A DNA stretch of 64,000 bases. It comes from Pseudomonadota bacterium. Its GTDB lineage: Bacteria > Pseudomonadota > Alphaproteobacteria > Azospirillales > Azospirillaceae. The stretch covers positions 771-64,770 of the forward strand of contig JAEZHQ010000129.1 of the NCBI GenBank assembly GCA_023416455.1, in the 5' to 3' direction. Below the pieces are notes generated by a model that made no database searches, was not told the origin of the DNA, and saw only the letters and a program-made list of their open reading frames with translations. The position numbers and the translations under genes were made by a program. Positions 29,745 to 40,684 of the stretch are shown in pieces (the first letter of the stretch is position 1; the number at the start of each line of letters is the position of its first letter).

Positions 29745-30197
29745 ATGCCGAGCCTTGTCACCGAGTTTCCCGCGGCCCCGCCGGCCGAGGCGGCCGAGCA
29801 TTTCGCCCGCCGGCTGGGGCTGGAGACCGACTGTTGGGACGTCCACGAGAGCCTGCGCGGCGGGGCGGAGGACTTCCTTCTCCTCGACGTGCGCGGTCCC
29901 GCCGCCTACGCCAAGGCGCATGTGCCCGGCGCGCTGAACCTGCCGCACGGCAAGATCACCGCCGCGCGGCTGGCGGACTGGCCGGTGGACACGCTGTTCG
30001 TGGTCTATTGCGCGGGGCCGCACTGCAACGGCGCCGACCGCGCCGCGCTGCGCCTGGCCCGGCTCGGCCGGCCCGTCAAGCTGATGATCGGCGGCATGAC
30101 CGGCTGGGCGGACGAGGGTTTCGCCACCGCCGGCGGAACCGCGCCGGGTACGCTCGCCGGCGACTCCCCGCCGGTGGCAACCACCGGTCCCGGTTGA
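29745..30197 (+). CDS. Rhodanese-like domain protein
   Basis: ETDCWDV, LLDVR..HVPGA, VVYCAGPHCNGA, GGMTGW. GGGGAG RBS. Confidence 0.93.
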   Translation: MPSLVTEFPAAPPAEAAEHFARRLGLETDCWDVHESLRGGAEDFLLLDVRGPAAYAKAHVPGALNLPHGKITAARLADWPVDTLFVVYCAGPHCNGADRAALRLARLGRPVKLMIGGMTGWADEGFATAGGTAPGTLAGDSPPVATTGPG

Positions 30198-30261
30198 CCT
30201 CCGGCGCACCATCGGGGAAGGTCGGCGCCGTTGCGTTATCGTTCCCGAGGCCCTGGCAACC

Positions 30262-31974
30262 GTGACCGCGCCGCCCGCCGCCCAGCATCACGACTCCGAC
30301 GTCGTGGACGAGGCGCCGGTGGCCGTCGCCACCGGCCATGGGGTGGGGGCCGCGCTCGCCTGGGCGCGGCGCATCTGGCGGCGCTGCCCGCCCGCCGACC
30401 GCCGGGGGCTGGTTCTGGCCTTCGCCGTCGCCGTCCTCGCCGTGGCCGTTTCGGCGGCGGCACCCCTGTGCTTCGCCCGCGTGCTGGACGCGCTCGCGGA
30501 CGACACCGCCGCCGGCGCCGTGGCGGCGGCGGCGGTGGCTTTCCTCGCCCTGCGTTTTTTCGGGCAGGCGATGACCGACCTGCGCTGGGTGACCGTCAAC
30601 CCGCTGCTCTACCGGATCGCCTACCGCCACAGCCTCGACCTCGGCCGGGCCATCGCCGGGCGGGAGGTGCGGGGCGGTGGGCGGACCAACCGGGTGGCCG
30701 AGGTGTCCCACAGCGTCGCGGTGATCGAGCAGGCCCAGACCAGCCTGATGGCCTTCGCCTACAATCTGGTCGTGCTGGTCGTCCCGGTGGTGGTCGAGGT
30801 GGCGGTGATGCTGGTGGTGACCGCCGTCGCGCTGGGTCCCCTGTCCCCCGTCGCCGTGCTGGCCGCGCTGGCCGCCAGTGGGGCTTCGGTGCTCATCCTG
30901 CGCGAAGCCGAGACGCGCACCCTCCAGGCGGCGCTGGAGGCGGACCACGCGGTCTATCGGGAGATGGGGCAGGTCATCGGCTTCGCCCCGCTCATCCGCG
31001 AGTTCGGCGCGCTCCCCTTCTTCCAGGCCCGGCTGGCCAGGCGCATCGGCCCGTCGCTCGACGCCCACGGCCGCCATTTCCGGGTCAAGGCCCTGCGCGC
31101 GCTGGTCCGCACCGCGGTGAGCGCGCTCTGCTACGGCGCGGTGCTTGCCTTCGTCCTGTGGCGGAGCGGGCCCGAGGCGGCCCGGCCGGGGGACCTGTTC
31201 CTGGTGCTGGCCTATTTGGACCGGCTGGCCATGCCGCTCGCCAGCCTCGCCACCGCCGTGATCGCCATCGAGAACGCGCTGGTCGGCCTGCGCGGGGCGG
31301 CGGCCCTGCTCGACCCGCCACCCGCCGCCGGCGGGCCGCCGGAGCCGCAGGCGCGGGTGGAGGCGACGGCGGCGGGCGGCACCCTGCGGATCGACTGGGA
31401 CGGGCCGGGCTGGCCGGCGGAGGGGCTCGCCGTCGAGCGCGGCGACCGCATCCTGGTGAGCGGGGTATCGGGGGCCGGCAAAACGACCCTCCTGGCCGGC
31501 ATCCGCGCGGCGGCGGGCCGGGCCGGCCTCCCCGCCTTCCACCTTCCCGAAAAGCCGCTGATCGTCGAGGACGACGTGCGGGGCAACCTCGCCCTCGGCC
31601 ATTCCGGGGCCGTCGCCGCCGACTGGACGCGCTTCTGGGCGGGACTCGACGGGCGTCCCGCGCCCGGCCTCGGCCAGGCGGCCGATTCCCTGTCGGCGGG
31701 GGAGACGCAGCTCCTCGCCGTCATCCGCGCGCTGGACCGCCGCCCCGACCTGCTGTTCATCGACGAGGGCCTGTCGGCGATGGACCGGGCCATGGAGGCG
31801 GCCGTCCTGGCGGCGATCGACGCGCGCCTTCCCGGCAGCGTCGTCTTCCTGGTCTCCCACCGCCCCATCCCGGCCTTCCGGCCGCGCATCCGCATCGAGG
31901 TCGCGGACGGCGCGGTCCGCGCCGTCTCCCGTGCCGGCGCAGGGGAGCGGTGCGCCGGTGCCTTTGCGCACTGA
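30262..31974 (+). CDS. ABC exporter, fused permease plus shortened ATP-binding domain
   Basis: N-terminal TMD, GVSGAGKT, LSAGETQ, LFIDE, VSHR. Confidence 0.8.
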   Translation: MTAPPAAQHHDSDVVDEAPVAVATGHGVGAALAWARRIWRRCPPADRRGLVLAFAVAVLAVAVSAAAPLCFARVLDALADDTAAGAVAAAAVAFLALRFFGQAMTDLRWVTVNPLLYRIAYRHSLDLGRAIAGREVRGGGRTNRVAEVSHSVAVIEQAQTSLMAFAYNLVVLVVPVVVEVAVMLVVTAVALGPLSPVAVLAALAASGASVLILREAETRTLQAALEADHAVYREMGQVIGFAPLIREFGALPFFQARLARRIGPSLDAHGRHFRVKALRALVRTAVSALCYGAVLAFVLWRSGPEAARPGDLFLVLAYLDRLAMPLASLATAVIAIENALVGLRGAAALLDPPPAAGGPPEPQARVEATAAGGTLRIDWDGPGWPAEGLAVERGDRILVSGVSGAGKTTLLAGIRAAAGRAGLPAFHLPEKPLIVEDDVRGNLALGHSGAVAADWTRFWAGLDGRPAPGLGQAADSLSAGETQLLAVIRALDRRPDLLFIDEGLSAMDRAMEAAVLAAIDARLPGSVVFLVSHRPIPAFRPRIRIEVADGAVRAVSRAGAGERCAGAFAH

Positions 31975-32122
31975 ACCGGTTTTTCCGGACCCGCCCACAC
32001 TGGGACGGACTCAGCGGCGGATTCAGCGGCGGACCCGGAAGCGCTGTGAAGCCGGAGAGTCCGCAGGTTTGCCCAGGCCGGGCCATGGGCGGCCCGATCC
32101 GGGCGAACCTGCCTAGCCTGGC

Positions 32123-32140
32123 TGGTCTGTTGACAGACCA
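32123..32140. promoter_or_regulatory. Perfect palindromic operator overlapping TTGACA -35 of the dpp operon
   Basis: TGGTCTGT-TG-ACAGACCA. TTGACA at 32130-32135. Confidence 0.65.
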
Positions 32141-32230
32141 AAGGGCGGCGCGCCAAATGGTCGGGAGACACCAGCGCCATGGCAGGAAGAAGCCGGCCGT
32201 TGGACCAAACGAGTACGGGAGGCTAGAGAG

Positions 32231-33832
32231 ATGAAGCGCATCCTGTTGGGTGCCGGGCTTGGCGTTGTCGCCGCGCTGGCCGTTGCGGCGCCGGCACAGG
32301 CGGCGAAGACCCTGGTCTATTGCTCCGAGGGCAGCCCCGAGAACTTCAACCCGATGGTGAACACGACCGGCACGAGCTTCGACGTGGCGCTGCCGGTCTA
32401 CAACAACCTTGTCGAGTTCGAGCGCGGCGGCACCAAGGTCATTCCCGGTCTGGCCGAATCCTGGACGGTGTCGGAGGACGGTCTCGTCTACACCTTCAAG
32501 CTGCGCAGCGGCGCCAAGTGGCACAGCAACAACGACTTCAAGCCGACCCGCGACGCCAACGCCGACGACGTTCTGTTCTCCTTCGAGCGTCAGTGGAAGA
32601 AGGACCACCCCTTCCACAAGGTGTCGGGCGGCGCCTACGACTATTTCAACGACATGGGCATGCCCGACCTGCTGAAGTCGATCGAGAAGGTCGATGACCT
32701 CACGGTCCGCTTCACCTTGAACAAGGTCGAGGCTCCGTTCCTCGCCAACCTCGCCATGCCCTTCGCGGCGATCCAGTCGGCCGAATACGCCGACGCCCTC
32801 CAGAAGAAGAACCAGATCGACCGCATCGACCAGGCGCCGATCGGCACCGGCCCCTTCCAGTTCGTCGCCTACCAGAAGGACGCGGTGATCCGCTACAAGG
32901 CGTTCGACGGCTACTGGGGCGGCCGGCAGCCGATCGACAACCTGGTCTTCGCCATCACGCCGGACGCCGCCGTGCGCTACGCCAAGCTTAAGGCGGGCGA
33001 GTGCCATGTGGTGCCCTACCCGAACCCGGCGGATCTGGAGGCGATGAAGAAGGACCCGGCGATCACGCTGATGGAGCAGGAGGGCCTGAACATCGGCTAT
33101 CTCGCCTTCAACGTCGCCAAGAAGCCGTTCGACGACGTGCGCGTGCGCCGCGCCGTCAACATGGCCATCGACCGCAAGGCCATCGTCGACGCGGTCTACC
33201 AGGGCGCGGGCGTGGTGGCGAAGAACCCGATCCCGCCGACCATGTGGTCCTACAACACCAGCATCGAGGATTACCCCTACGACCCCGAGCGGGCCAAGAA
33301 GCTGCTCGCCGAGGCCGGCTATCCCGACGGCTTCGAGAGCGACCTGTGGGCCATGCCGGTGCAACGCCCCTACAACCCCAACGCCAAGCGCATGGCCGAG
33401 ATGATGCAGGCCGACCTCGCCAAGGTCGGCATCAAGGCCAAGCTCGTCCAGTACGAGTGGGGCGAATACCGCAAGCGCCTCCAGGCCGGCGAGCACCTGA
33501 TGGGCATGCTGGGCTGGACCGGCGACAACGGCGACCCGGACAACTTCCTGCACACTCTGCTGGGCTGCGAGGCGGCGCGTCCCGGCGGCTCCAACATCGC
33601 CAAATGGTGCAACAAGGAGTATGACGACCTCGTGCTCCAGGCCAAGCGCACCACCGACATGGCCGCGCGCACCAAGCTCTACGAGCAGGCCCAGGTCATC
33701 TTCAAGGAGGAGGCGCCCTGGCTGACCGTCGGCCACTCGGTCGTGCACATGGCGCTGAACAAGAATGTGGTCGACTACAAGATGGATCCGTTCGGCATTC
33801 ACCGTTTCCATGGCGTCGACATGAAACAATGA
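32231..33832 (+). CDS. dppA: Dipeptide ABC transporter substrate-binding protein
   Basis: KTLVYCSEGSPE, PGLAESW, WAMPVQRPYNPN, GWTGDNGDPDNF. Confidence 0.95.
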   Translation: MKRILLGAGLGVVAALAVAAPAQAAKTLVYCSEGSPENFNPMVNTTGTSFDVALPVYNNLVEFERGGTKVIPGLAESWTVSEDGLVYTFKLRSGAKWHSNNDFKPTRDANADDVLFSFERQWKKDHPFHKVSGGAYDYFNDMGMPDLLKSIEKVDDLTVRFTLNKVEAPFLANLAMPFAAIQSAEYADALQKKNQIDRIDQAPIGTGPFQFVAYQKDAVIRYKAFDGYWGGRQPIDNLVFAITPDAAVRYAKLKAGECHVVPYPNPADLEAMKKDPAITLMEQEGLNIGYLAFNVAKKPFDDVRVRRAVNMAIDRKAIVDAVYQGAGVVAKNPIPPTMWSYNTSIEDYPYDPERAKKLLAEAGYPDGFESDLWAMPVQRPYNPNAKRMAEMMQADLAKVGIKAKLVQYEWGEYRKRLQAGEHLMGMLGWTGDNGDPDNFLHTLLGCEAARPGGSNIAKWCNKEYDDLVLQAKRTTDMAARTKLYEQAQVIFKEEAPWLTVGHSVVHMALNKNVVDYKMDPFGIHRFHGVDMKQ

Positions 33833-33856
33833 GCCGTCGCCGCGAACGGCTTTACA

Positions 33857-33891
33857 AAGGAAGCCCCGGGGCGTAAACCCCCGGCTTCCTT
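33857..33891 (+). terminator. Hairpin after dppA (mRNA stabiliser or partial terminator)
   Basis: AAGGAAGCC..GGGG-CGTAAA-CCCC..GGCTTCCTT. Confidence 0.55.
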
Positions 33892-33960
33892 GCGGACGGC
33901 GATGGGCGAGGGGGCGGCCGGCCCCCCCTTGCCCGGCGTTTCGACGGCGGTGATCCTTCG

Positions 33961-34971
33961 ATGCTGCGCTTCATCCTGACCCGGGTGAGCCTGGTGATTC
34001 CGACCTTTCTCGGGGTCACCTTCCTGACCTTCCTGCTGATCCGGCTGGTGCCGGGCGACCCCATCGAGGTGCGGGTCGGCGAGCGCGGCATCCCGCCGGA
34101 GCGGCTGGCCCAGCTGCGCCATGAGCTGGGGCTGGACCGGCCCCTGTGGCAGCAGTTCCTCGACTATGTGGGGGGTGTCCTGGGCGGCGACCTCGGCGTC
34201 TCGCTGGTCACCCGGAACACGGTGCTGGACGAGTTCCTCACGCTGTTCCCGGCGACGCTGGAGCTGGTGGCCTCGGCCATGCTGTTCGCCACGCTTGTCG
34301 GCCTGCCGGCGGGGATCGTCGCGGCGGTCCGGCGCGGCTCGGTCTTCGACCACGGGGTGATGGGCCTCAGCCTGACCGGCTATTCGATGCCGATCTTCTG
34401 GTGGGGCCTGCTGCTCATCCTGTTCTTCTCGGTCGGGCTGGGCTGGACGCCGGTGTCCGGGCGGCTCGACCTGATGCATTACGTGGAGCCGGTGACCGGC
34501 TTCATGCTGGTCGACACGCTGCTGGCCGGGGAATACGGGGCCTTCCGCTCGGCGCTGCACCATCTGATCCTGCCCGCGGTCGTGCTCGGCACGGTGCCTC
34601 TGGCGGTGGTGGCGCGCATGACCCGCTCGGCCATGCTGGAGGTGCTGGGCGAGGACTACATCCGGACGGCGCGGGCCAAGGGCCTTCCCGGCCGGAGGGT
34701 GATCGGCCTGCACGCCCTGCGCAACGCGCTGATCCCGGTGGTCACCGTGATCGGCCTCCAGGTGGGGATGCTGCTCGGCGGCGCCATCCTGACCGAGACG
34801 ATCTTCTCCTGGCCGGGGGTCGGCAAGTGGCTGATCGAGTCCATCAACCGCCGCGACTATCCCGCTCTCCAGGGCGGGGTGCTGCTGATCGCGACCACGG
34901 TGATGGGCGTCAACCTGCTGGTGGATGTCCTCTACGGCGTCCTCAACCCGCGCATCCGCCACGCCCGGTGA
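33961..34971 (+). CDS. dppB: Dipeptide ABC transporter permease
   Basis: IRLVPGDP, YSMPIFWWGL, EDYIRTARAKG, ETIFSWPGVGKW. Confidence 0.95.
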   Translation: MLRFILTRVSLVIPTFLGVTFLTFLLIRLVPGDPIEVRVGERGIPPERLAQLRHELGLDRPLWQQFLDYVGGVLGGDLGVSLVTRNTVLDEFLTLFPATLELVASAMLFATLVGLPAGIVAAVRRGSVFDHGVMGLSLTGYSMPIFWWGLLLILFFSVGLGWTPVSGRLDLMHYVEPVTGFMLVDTLLAGEYGAFRSALHHLILPAVVLGTVPLAVVARMTRSAMLEVLGEDYIRTARAKGLPGRRVIGLHALRNALIPVVTVIGLQVGMLLGGAILTETIFSWPGVGKWLIESINRRDYPALQGGVLLIATTVMGVNLLVDVLYGVLNPRIRHAR

Positions 34972-34979
34972 GGCGAGCC

Positions 34980-35933
34980 ATGAGCGACCCGATCCCCGCC
35001 CCGCCCGCCGCCGCCCCCGCTCCCGGTCCCGCTCCCGACGCCATCTCCGCGGCGGCGGTTCCGGCCGGGCGGCCGCCGCACCCGCTGGGCGAGTTCTGGT
35101 ACCATTTCCGGCAGAACAAGGGGGCCATGCTCGGCCTCGTGGTGATCCTGACGATCGCGCTGGTCGCCCTGTTCGCCGGCACGGTGGCGCCGCACGACCC
35201 CAACCTCCAGTACCGCGACGCCATCCTCGTCCCGCCGGTCTGGCAGGACGGGGGGAGCGCGCGCTTCCTCCTCGGCACCGACGACATCGGGCGCGACATG
35301 CTGTCCCGCCTGATCCACGGCGCCCGGCTGTCGATGATGATCGGCCTCATCGTGGTCACCCTGTCGCTGGCGGTCGGGCTGGCGCTGGGCATGGCGGCGG
35401 GCTTCTTCGGCGGGGCCGTCGACGTGCTGGTCATGCGCCTCATGGACATACTGCTGGCGCTGCCCTCGCTGCTTCTGGCGGTGGTGGTGGCGGCCATCCT
35501 CGGGCCGGGGCTGGTCAACGCCATGCTGGCGGTCTCCATCGTGGTGATCCCGCACTACGCCCGCCTGACCCGCGCCGCGGTTCTGGCCGAGACGGGCAAG
35601 GACTATGTCGTCGCCTCCCGCGTCGCCGGGGCGGGGCCGCTGCGGCTGATGCTGGTGGTGATCCTGCCCAACTGCGTGGCGCCGCTCATCGTGCAGGCGA
35701 CGCTGGGCTTCTCCACCGCCATCCTGGACGCCGCGGCGCTGGGCTTCCTCGGCCTCGGCGCCCAGCCGCCGACTCCGGAGTGGGGCACCATGCTCGCCTC
35801 CTCCCTCCAGTTCCTCCAGCGCGCGCCCTGGGTCGTCACCTGGCCCGGCGTCGCCATCCTGGTGACCGTGCTGGCCTTCAACCTGCTGGGCGACGGGCTG
35901 CGCGACGCGCTCGACCCCAAGCTGAAGCGATGA
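34980..35933 (+). CDS. dppC: Dipeptide ABC transporter permease
   Basis: LGTDDIGRDMLSRLIHGAR, QPPTPEWG, GDGLRDALDPK. Confidence 0.95.
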   Translation: MSDPIPAPPAAAPAPGPAPDAISAAAVPAGRPPHPLGEFWYHFRQNKGAMLGLVVILTIALVALFAGTVAPHDPNLQYRDAILVPPVWQDGGSARFLLGTDDIGRDMLSRLIHGARLSMMIGLIVVTLSLAVGLALGMAAGFFGGAVDVLVMRLMDILLALPSLLLAVVVAAILGPGLVNAMLAVSIVVIPHYARLTRAAVLAETGKDYVVASRVAGAGPLRLMLVVILPNCVAPLIVQATLGFSTAILDAAALGFLGLGAQPPTPEWGTMLASSLQFLQRAPWVVTWPGVAILVTVLAFNLLGDGLRDALDPKLKR

Positions 35934-35939
35934 GCCGCC

Positions 35940-36928
35940 ATGCCCCTTCTCGACATCGCCAACCTGTCCGTCGAGTTCACCACCCGCGCCGGAACCTTCC
36001 GTGCCGTGGACGGCATCGACCTCGCCGTGGCGGAGGGCGAGGTGGTGGGCATCGTCGGCGAGTCCGGCTCCGGCAAGTCGGTGACCTCGCTGGCCGTCAT
36101 GGGGCTGCTCGGCGGCAACGCCCGGGTGCTGGCCGACCGCATGCGATTCGCCGGGGGCGACCTGCGCAGCCTCGGTGCGGCGCAGCGGCGCCGGATCACC
36201 GGGAAGGACGTGGCCATGGTCTTCCAGGAGCCGATGACCAGCCTGAATCCCTGCTTCACCGTGGGCTTCCAGATCATGGAGACGCTGAAGGCGCACGAGG
36301 GCCTGTCGGGCCGGGGACTGCGCGCCCGCGCCGTCGAGCTGCTGGAGCAGGTCGGCATCCCGGCCCCGGAAAGCCGCCTGTCGGCCTTCCCTCACCAGCT
36401 ATCGGGCGGCATGAACCAGCGCGTGATGATCGCCATCGCCATTGCCTGCAACCCGCGCCTGCTGATCGCGGACGAGCCGACGACGGCGCTCGACGTGACC
36501 ATCCAGAAGCAGATCCTCGACCTGCTGGTCCGCCTCCAGAAGGAGCGGGGGATGGCGCTGATCCTCATCACCCACGACATGGGGGTGGTGGCGGAGACGG
36601 CGCAGCGGGTGGTCGTGATGTACGCCGGGCAGGTCGCCGAGACGCGGCCGGTGGAGGCCCTGTTCCAGGCGCCGCGCCACCCCTACACCGGCGCCCTGCT
36701 CGACGCCCTGCCGGAACGCGCGCTCGGCCGGCGCCGCCTGCCCACCATCCCCGGCGTGGTGCCGGGGATCGCCGACCGGCCGCAGGGCTGCCTCTTCAAC
36801 CCGCGCTGCCGCTTCGCCACCGATCGCTGCCGGGCCGAGCGCCCGGCCCTGTTCGAGGTCGACGCCGGGCGGGCGCGCTGCTTCCACCCCCTGCCGGACG
36901 GCGTCCACGCCCAGCCGGAGGCGGCGCC

Positions 36929-36932
<4 letters not shown>
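35940..36932 (+). CDS. dppD: Dipeptide ABC transporter ATPase
   Basis: [31 protein letters not shown]-terminal Cys motif. Confidence 0.95.
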
Positions 36933-37942
<1,010 letters not shown>

Positions 37943-38144
37943 TCGCCGAAACGGTGGCCGGCCGGTTCCGGCAGGAGCGCCACTGTTGTGCGCGGAGCAG
38001 CGACGCGGTGCCGCGGCTGCGCGGCGCGACACGACAGGCACCCGGCGTTGAATCCGGCGGCCGGAGCGGCTACCCTTTCTGCAAGCATGGGTATTGCCCG
38101 TCGAGGCGCAACTTTCTTCTCTTTGAGAGAAAAGGAAAAACAAC

Positions 38145-38555
38145 ATGCCGCTGATGGAGTGGAACGACAAGATGAGCGTCGGCGTCGCCCAGTTCGACAA
38201 CGAGCACAAGAAGCTCGTCGCCATGGTGAACGAACTGTTCGATGCGGTCCAGGCGGGGCGGGGCAAGGACGCCCTGGGCAAGATCCTGGACGGGTTGATC
38301 GCCTACACGAAAACGCACTTCGCCAATGAGGAGCGGTACTTTCAACAGCACGGATACGCCGACTACGCCACGCACAAGGCGGAGCACGACGCCCTCGCCA
38401 AGCAGGTGGCGGAGGTGCAGCAGAAGTATCACTCCGGCGCCACCGCCACGCTCAGCATGGAGGTCATGAACTTCCTGAAGAACTGGCTGGTCAAGCACAT
38501 CCAGGGGACCGACCGGAAATACGGCCCCTTCCTGAACGCCAAGGGCGTGAAATAG
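38145..38555 (+). CDS. Single-domain bacteriohemerythrin
   Basis: W..MSVGV..FDNEHKKL, HFANEE, HKAEH, WLVKHIQGTD. Confidence 0.95.
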   Translation: MPLMEWNDKMSVGVAQFDNEHKKLVAMVNELFDAVQAGRGKDALGKILDGLIAYTKTHFANEERYFQQHGYADYATHKAEHDALAKQVAEVQQKYHSGATATLSMEVMNFLKNWLVKHIQGTDRKYGPFLNAKGVK

Positions 38556-38621
38556 CACCGGCCGGACGCTCCCCCCGGGCAGCGGCGAGGCCGCCGGCCG
38601 GAGGGCGTCTCCGACGGGGCG

Positions 38622-39056
38622 TTACCGGCGGCCGCCCTTGCCCGGTTCGCTGACATCCTGGACGGTCTGGCCGACCACGTCGTCGTCCCCGGTCTTGACG
38701 GCGAGGTCGGCGATCGCGACCACACCGACGAGGCGCTTGTCCCGGTTCAGGATGGTCAGGCGCCGGATCTGTTTCTCGGCCATGATCTGGGCGGCCTCGC
38801 TGCTGTCCTGATCGTCGAAGGCGTAGGCGATGTCCCGGGTCATGGCATCGCCGACCTTGGCGCTGTTGGGATCCTTGCCGTCGGCCACGGCGCGGATGGC
38901 GATGTCGCGGTCGGTCAGGGTGCCGACCAGCCGGTCCTGTTCGCCCACCGGCAGGAAGCCGATGTTGGCGTCCCGCATCATGCGCGCGGCCTCCTTCAAC
39001 GGGGTGTCGGGGCTCACGATGGCGACCTGACGGGTCATGATGTCCCGGATTTGCAT
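38622..39056 (-). CDS. CBS domain pair protein
   Basis: MQIRDIMT, IGFLPV, VGTLTDRDI, QIRRL..LVGVV. GGAGGG RBS. Confidence 0.93.
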   Translation of the reverse strand: MQIRDIMTRQVAIVSPDTPLKEAARMMRDANIGFLPVGEQDRLVGTLTDRDIAIRAVADGKDPNSAKVGDAMTRDIAYAFDDQDSSEAAQIMAEKQIRRLTILNRDKRLVGVVAIADLAVKTGDDDVVGQTVQDVSEPGKGGRR

Positions 39057-39096
39057 GATGCCCTCCATGCTGGACGTCGGGTGCAACCGCCCGGAA

Positions 39097-39121
39097 AACC
39101 GTCCTCCGTCCCCGGAGTTCC
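39097..39121 (-). promoter_or_regulatory. EcfG-type promoter of the CBS gene
   Basis: Minus strand GGAAC-N17-GTT, about 40 nt upstream of the ATG. Confidence 0.65.
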
Positions 39122-39154
39122 CTGGGGCGCGCCCGTAAGGAAGGGGACGCCGCG

Positions 39155-39179
39155 GGAACTCTTGCCGGGGGGCGGGGTT
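39155..39179 (+). promoter_or_regulatory. EcfG-type promoter facing 39309..39818
   Basis: GGAACtcttgccggggggcgggGTT (N17). Confidence 0.55.
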
Positions 39180-39308
39180 CATTGGTGGACGGACGGTTCC
39201 GAGCCGTTCCGTCCTCGCGTGGTTCCGGTGCAAGGCGCTCTTGCGGCGCTGGCGCGGCGTCCGGCGCCGCGACCCGCGAGGAGTCGACCCGCTTCACCAG
39301 GGTGCGCC

Positions 39309-39818
39309 ATGGAAAGCCTCACCGTCCTGTTCGGCTTCGTCGCCATCGTCTCGCTTCTTCTGGTGTTCTCCGCCCTGCGCTGGGCGCGCAACCGGATGGC
39401 GCGGACGATCATCCTGCTGCTGTTCGCCCTGATGCTGCCGGCCGCCTACGCGGCGCCCGCCGCGCTGCTCGGCCGGGCCAAGCCGGTCACGCTGGAGTGG
39501 CTCGGCTCCAACGTCCAGGAGGCGACGGTGCTCAGCTCGACGGTCGTGGAGAACGAGGCGATCTACCTGACGCTGCTGTGGCAGCAAACGCCGAACCTCT
39601 ACAGGCTGCCCTGGGACCGCCGCATGGCCGAACAACTCCAGGAGGCGCAGCGCGAGGCGCAACGCAACGGCACCCGGCCGATGATGCGGCTTCCCTTCGA
39701 GCGTTCCTGGGACGACCGGGAACCGCGCTTCTACGCGCAGCCGCAGCCCAAGATGCCGGACAAGCCCTACCAGACCAACCCGGGCGTGGAGTTCCAGCAC
39801 CCCGGCCAGCCGACCTGA
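39309..39818 (+). CDS. Hypothetical membrane protein (two N-terminal TMs)
   Basis: Hydrophobic N-terminus, LGRAKP, ENEAIYL, YRLPW motifs. Confidence 0.8.
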   Translation: MESLTVLFGFVAIVSLLLVFSALRWARNRMARTIILLLFALMLPAAYAAPAALLGRAKPVTLEWLGSNVQEATVLSSTVVENEAIYLTLLWQQTPNLYRLPWDRRMAEQLQEAQREAQRNGTRPMMRLPFERSWDDREPRFYAQPQPKMPDKPYQTNPGVEFQHPGQPT

Positions 39819-39934
39819 GCGGCCCCCAGTGCGCCGTGGTCCGGACCCGGCCGTCCGGAACGGGGACGCTTGAGGCGACGGACGGCCTCGTCTACGGTTC
39901 CGGCCAAACCGTCAGCCCGAGGGAGTGAGGCGCC

Positions 39935-40423
39935 ATGCCGTCGTTCGACATCGTGTCCAAGACCGACATCCACGAAATCGACAACGCCATCGCCGGCGTC
40001 CGCCGCGAGATCGAGACCCGCTTCGACTTCAAGGGGTCGCGCTGCACCGTGGAGCGCACCGAGAACGACATCACCCTGGTCGCCGACGACGAGCCCAAGT
40101 TGCAGCAGATGCAGGAGCTTCTGCGCGTCCATGTGACCCGGCGCAAGCTCGACGCCGCGGCGCTCGACTTCTCCCGCAAGCCGGAGCGCGGGGCCGGCGA
40201 CACGCTGCGCCATGTCGTCACCGTCAAGCAAGGCATTGCCCAGGATCTCGCCAGGACCATCGTCAAGGGGGTCAAGGACAGCAAGATGAAGGTCCAAATC
40301 TCCATCCAGGGCGATGAGTTGCGTGTCACCGGCAAGAAGCGCGATGACTTGCAGGATGCCATCAAACTGGTGCGCGGCATGAAGATCGAGCAGCCGCTGC
40401 AATACATCAATTTTCGCGACTGA
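39935..40423 (+). CDS. yajQ: YajQ family nucleotide/c-di-GMP-binding protein
   Basis: MPSFDIVS, RFDFKG, IQGDELRVTGKKRDDLQ, NFRD. Confidence 0.97.
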   Translation: MPSFDIVSKTDIHEIDNAIAGVRREIETRFDFKGSRCTVERTENDITLVADDEPKLQQMQELLRVHVTRRKLDAAALDFSRKPERGAGDTLRHVVTVKQGIAQDLARTIVKGVKDSKMKVQISIQGDELRVTGKKRDDLQDAIKLVRGMKIEQPLQYINFRD

Positions 40424-40580
40424 AGGTGGGGTGGGCAGGAATTTCCCACTTCCCGGGATGTTTCTGCCGGGTTGGGTGGAAAATTCTGCCGGACCGCCGG
40501 CCTCCCGGCTCCGTGGAGCGCTGTGCCTTGAACCGGAAGCGCATGGTGTTCCGATGAGCGGAAGCGTCCCGAGGCCATCG

Positions 40581-40596
40581 TGGCCCGGTTTTTGCC
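40581..40596 (+). promoter_or_regulatory. sigma54 (-24/-12) promoter
   Basis: TGGCCCGGTTTTTGCC: GG-N10-GC with TTGC at -12. Confidence 0.6.
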
Positions 40597-40684
40597 AGAA
40601 CGCCGGTGATTGCCTGTGTATCAATGGCGCGCGTGCCCATGGCTCATGCGCCAACGGTTGCCGAACGCCGCAGGGGCCATTTGC

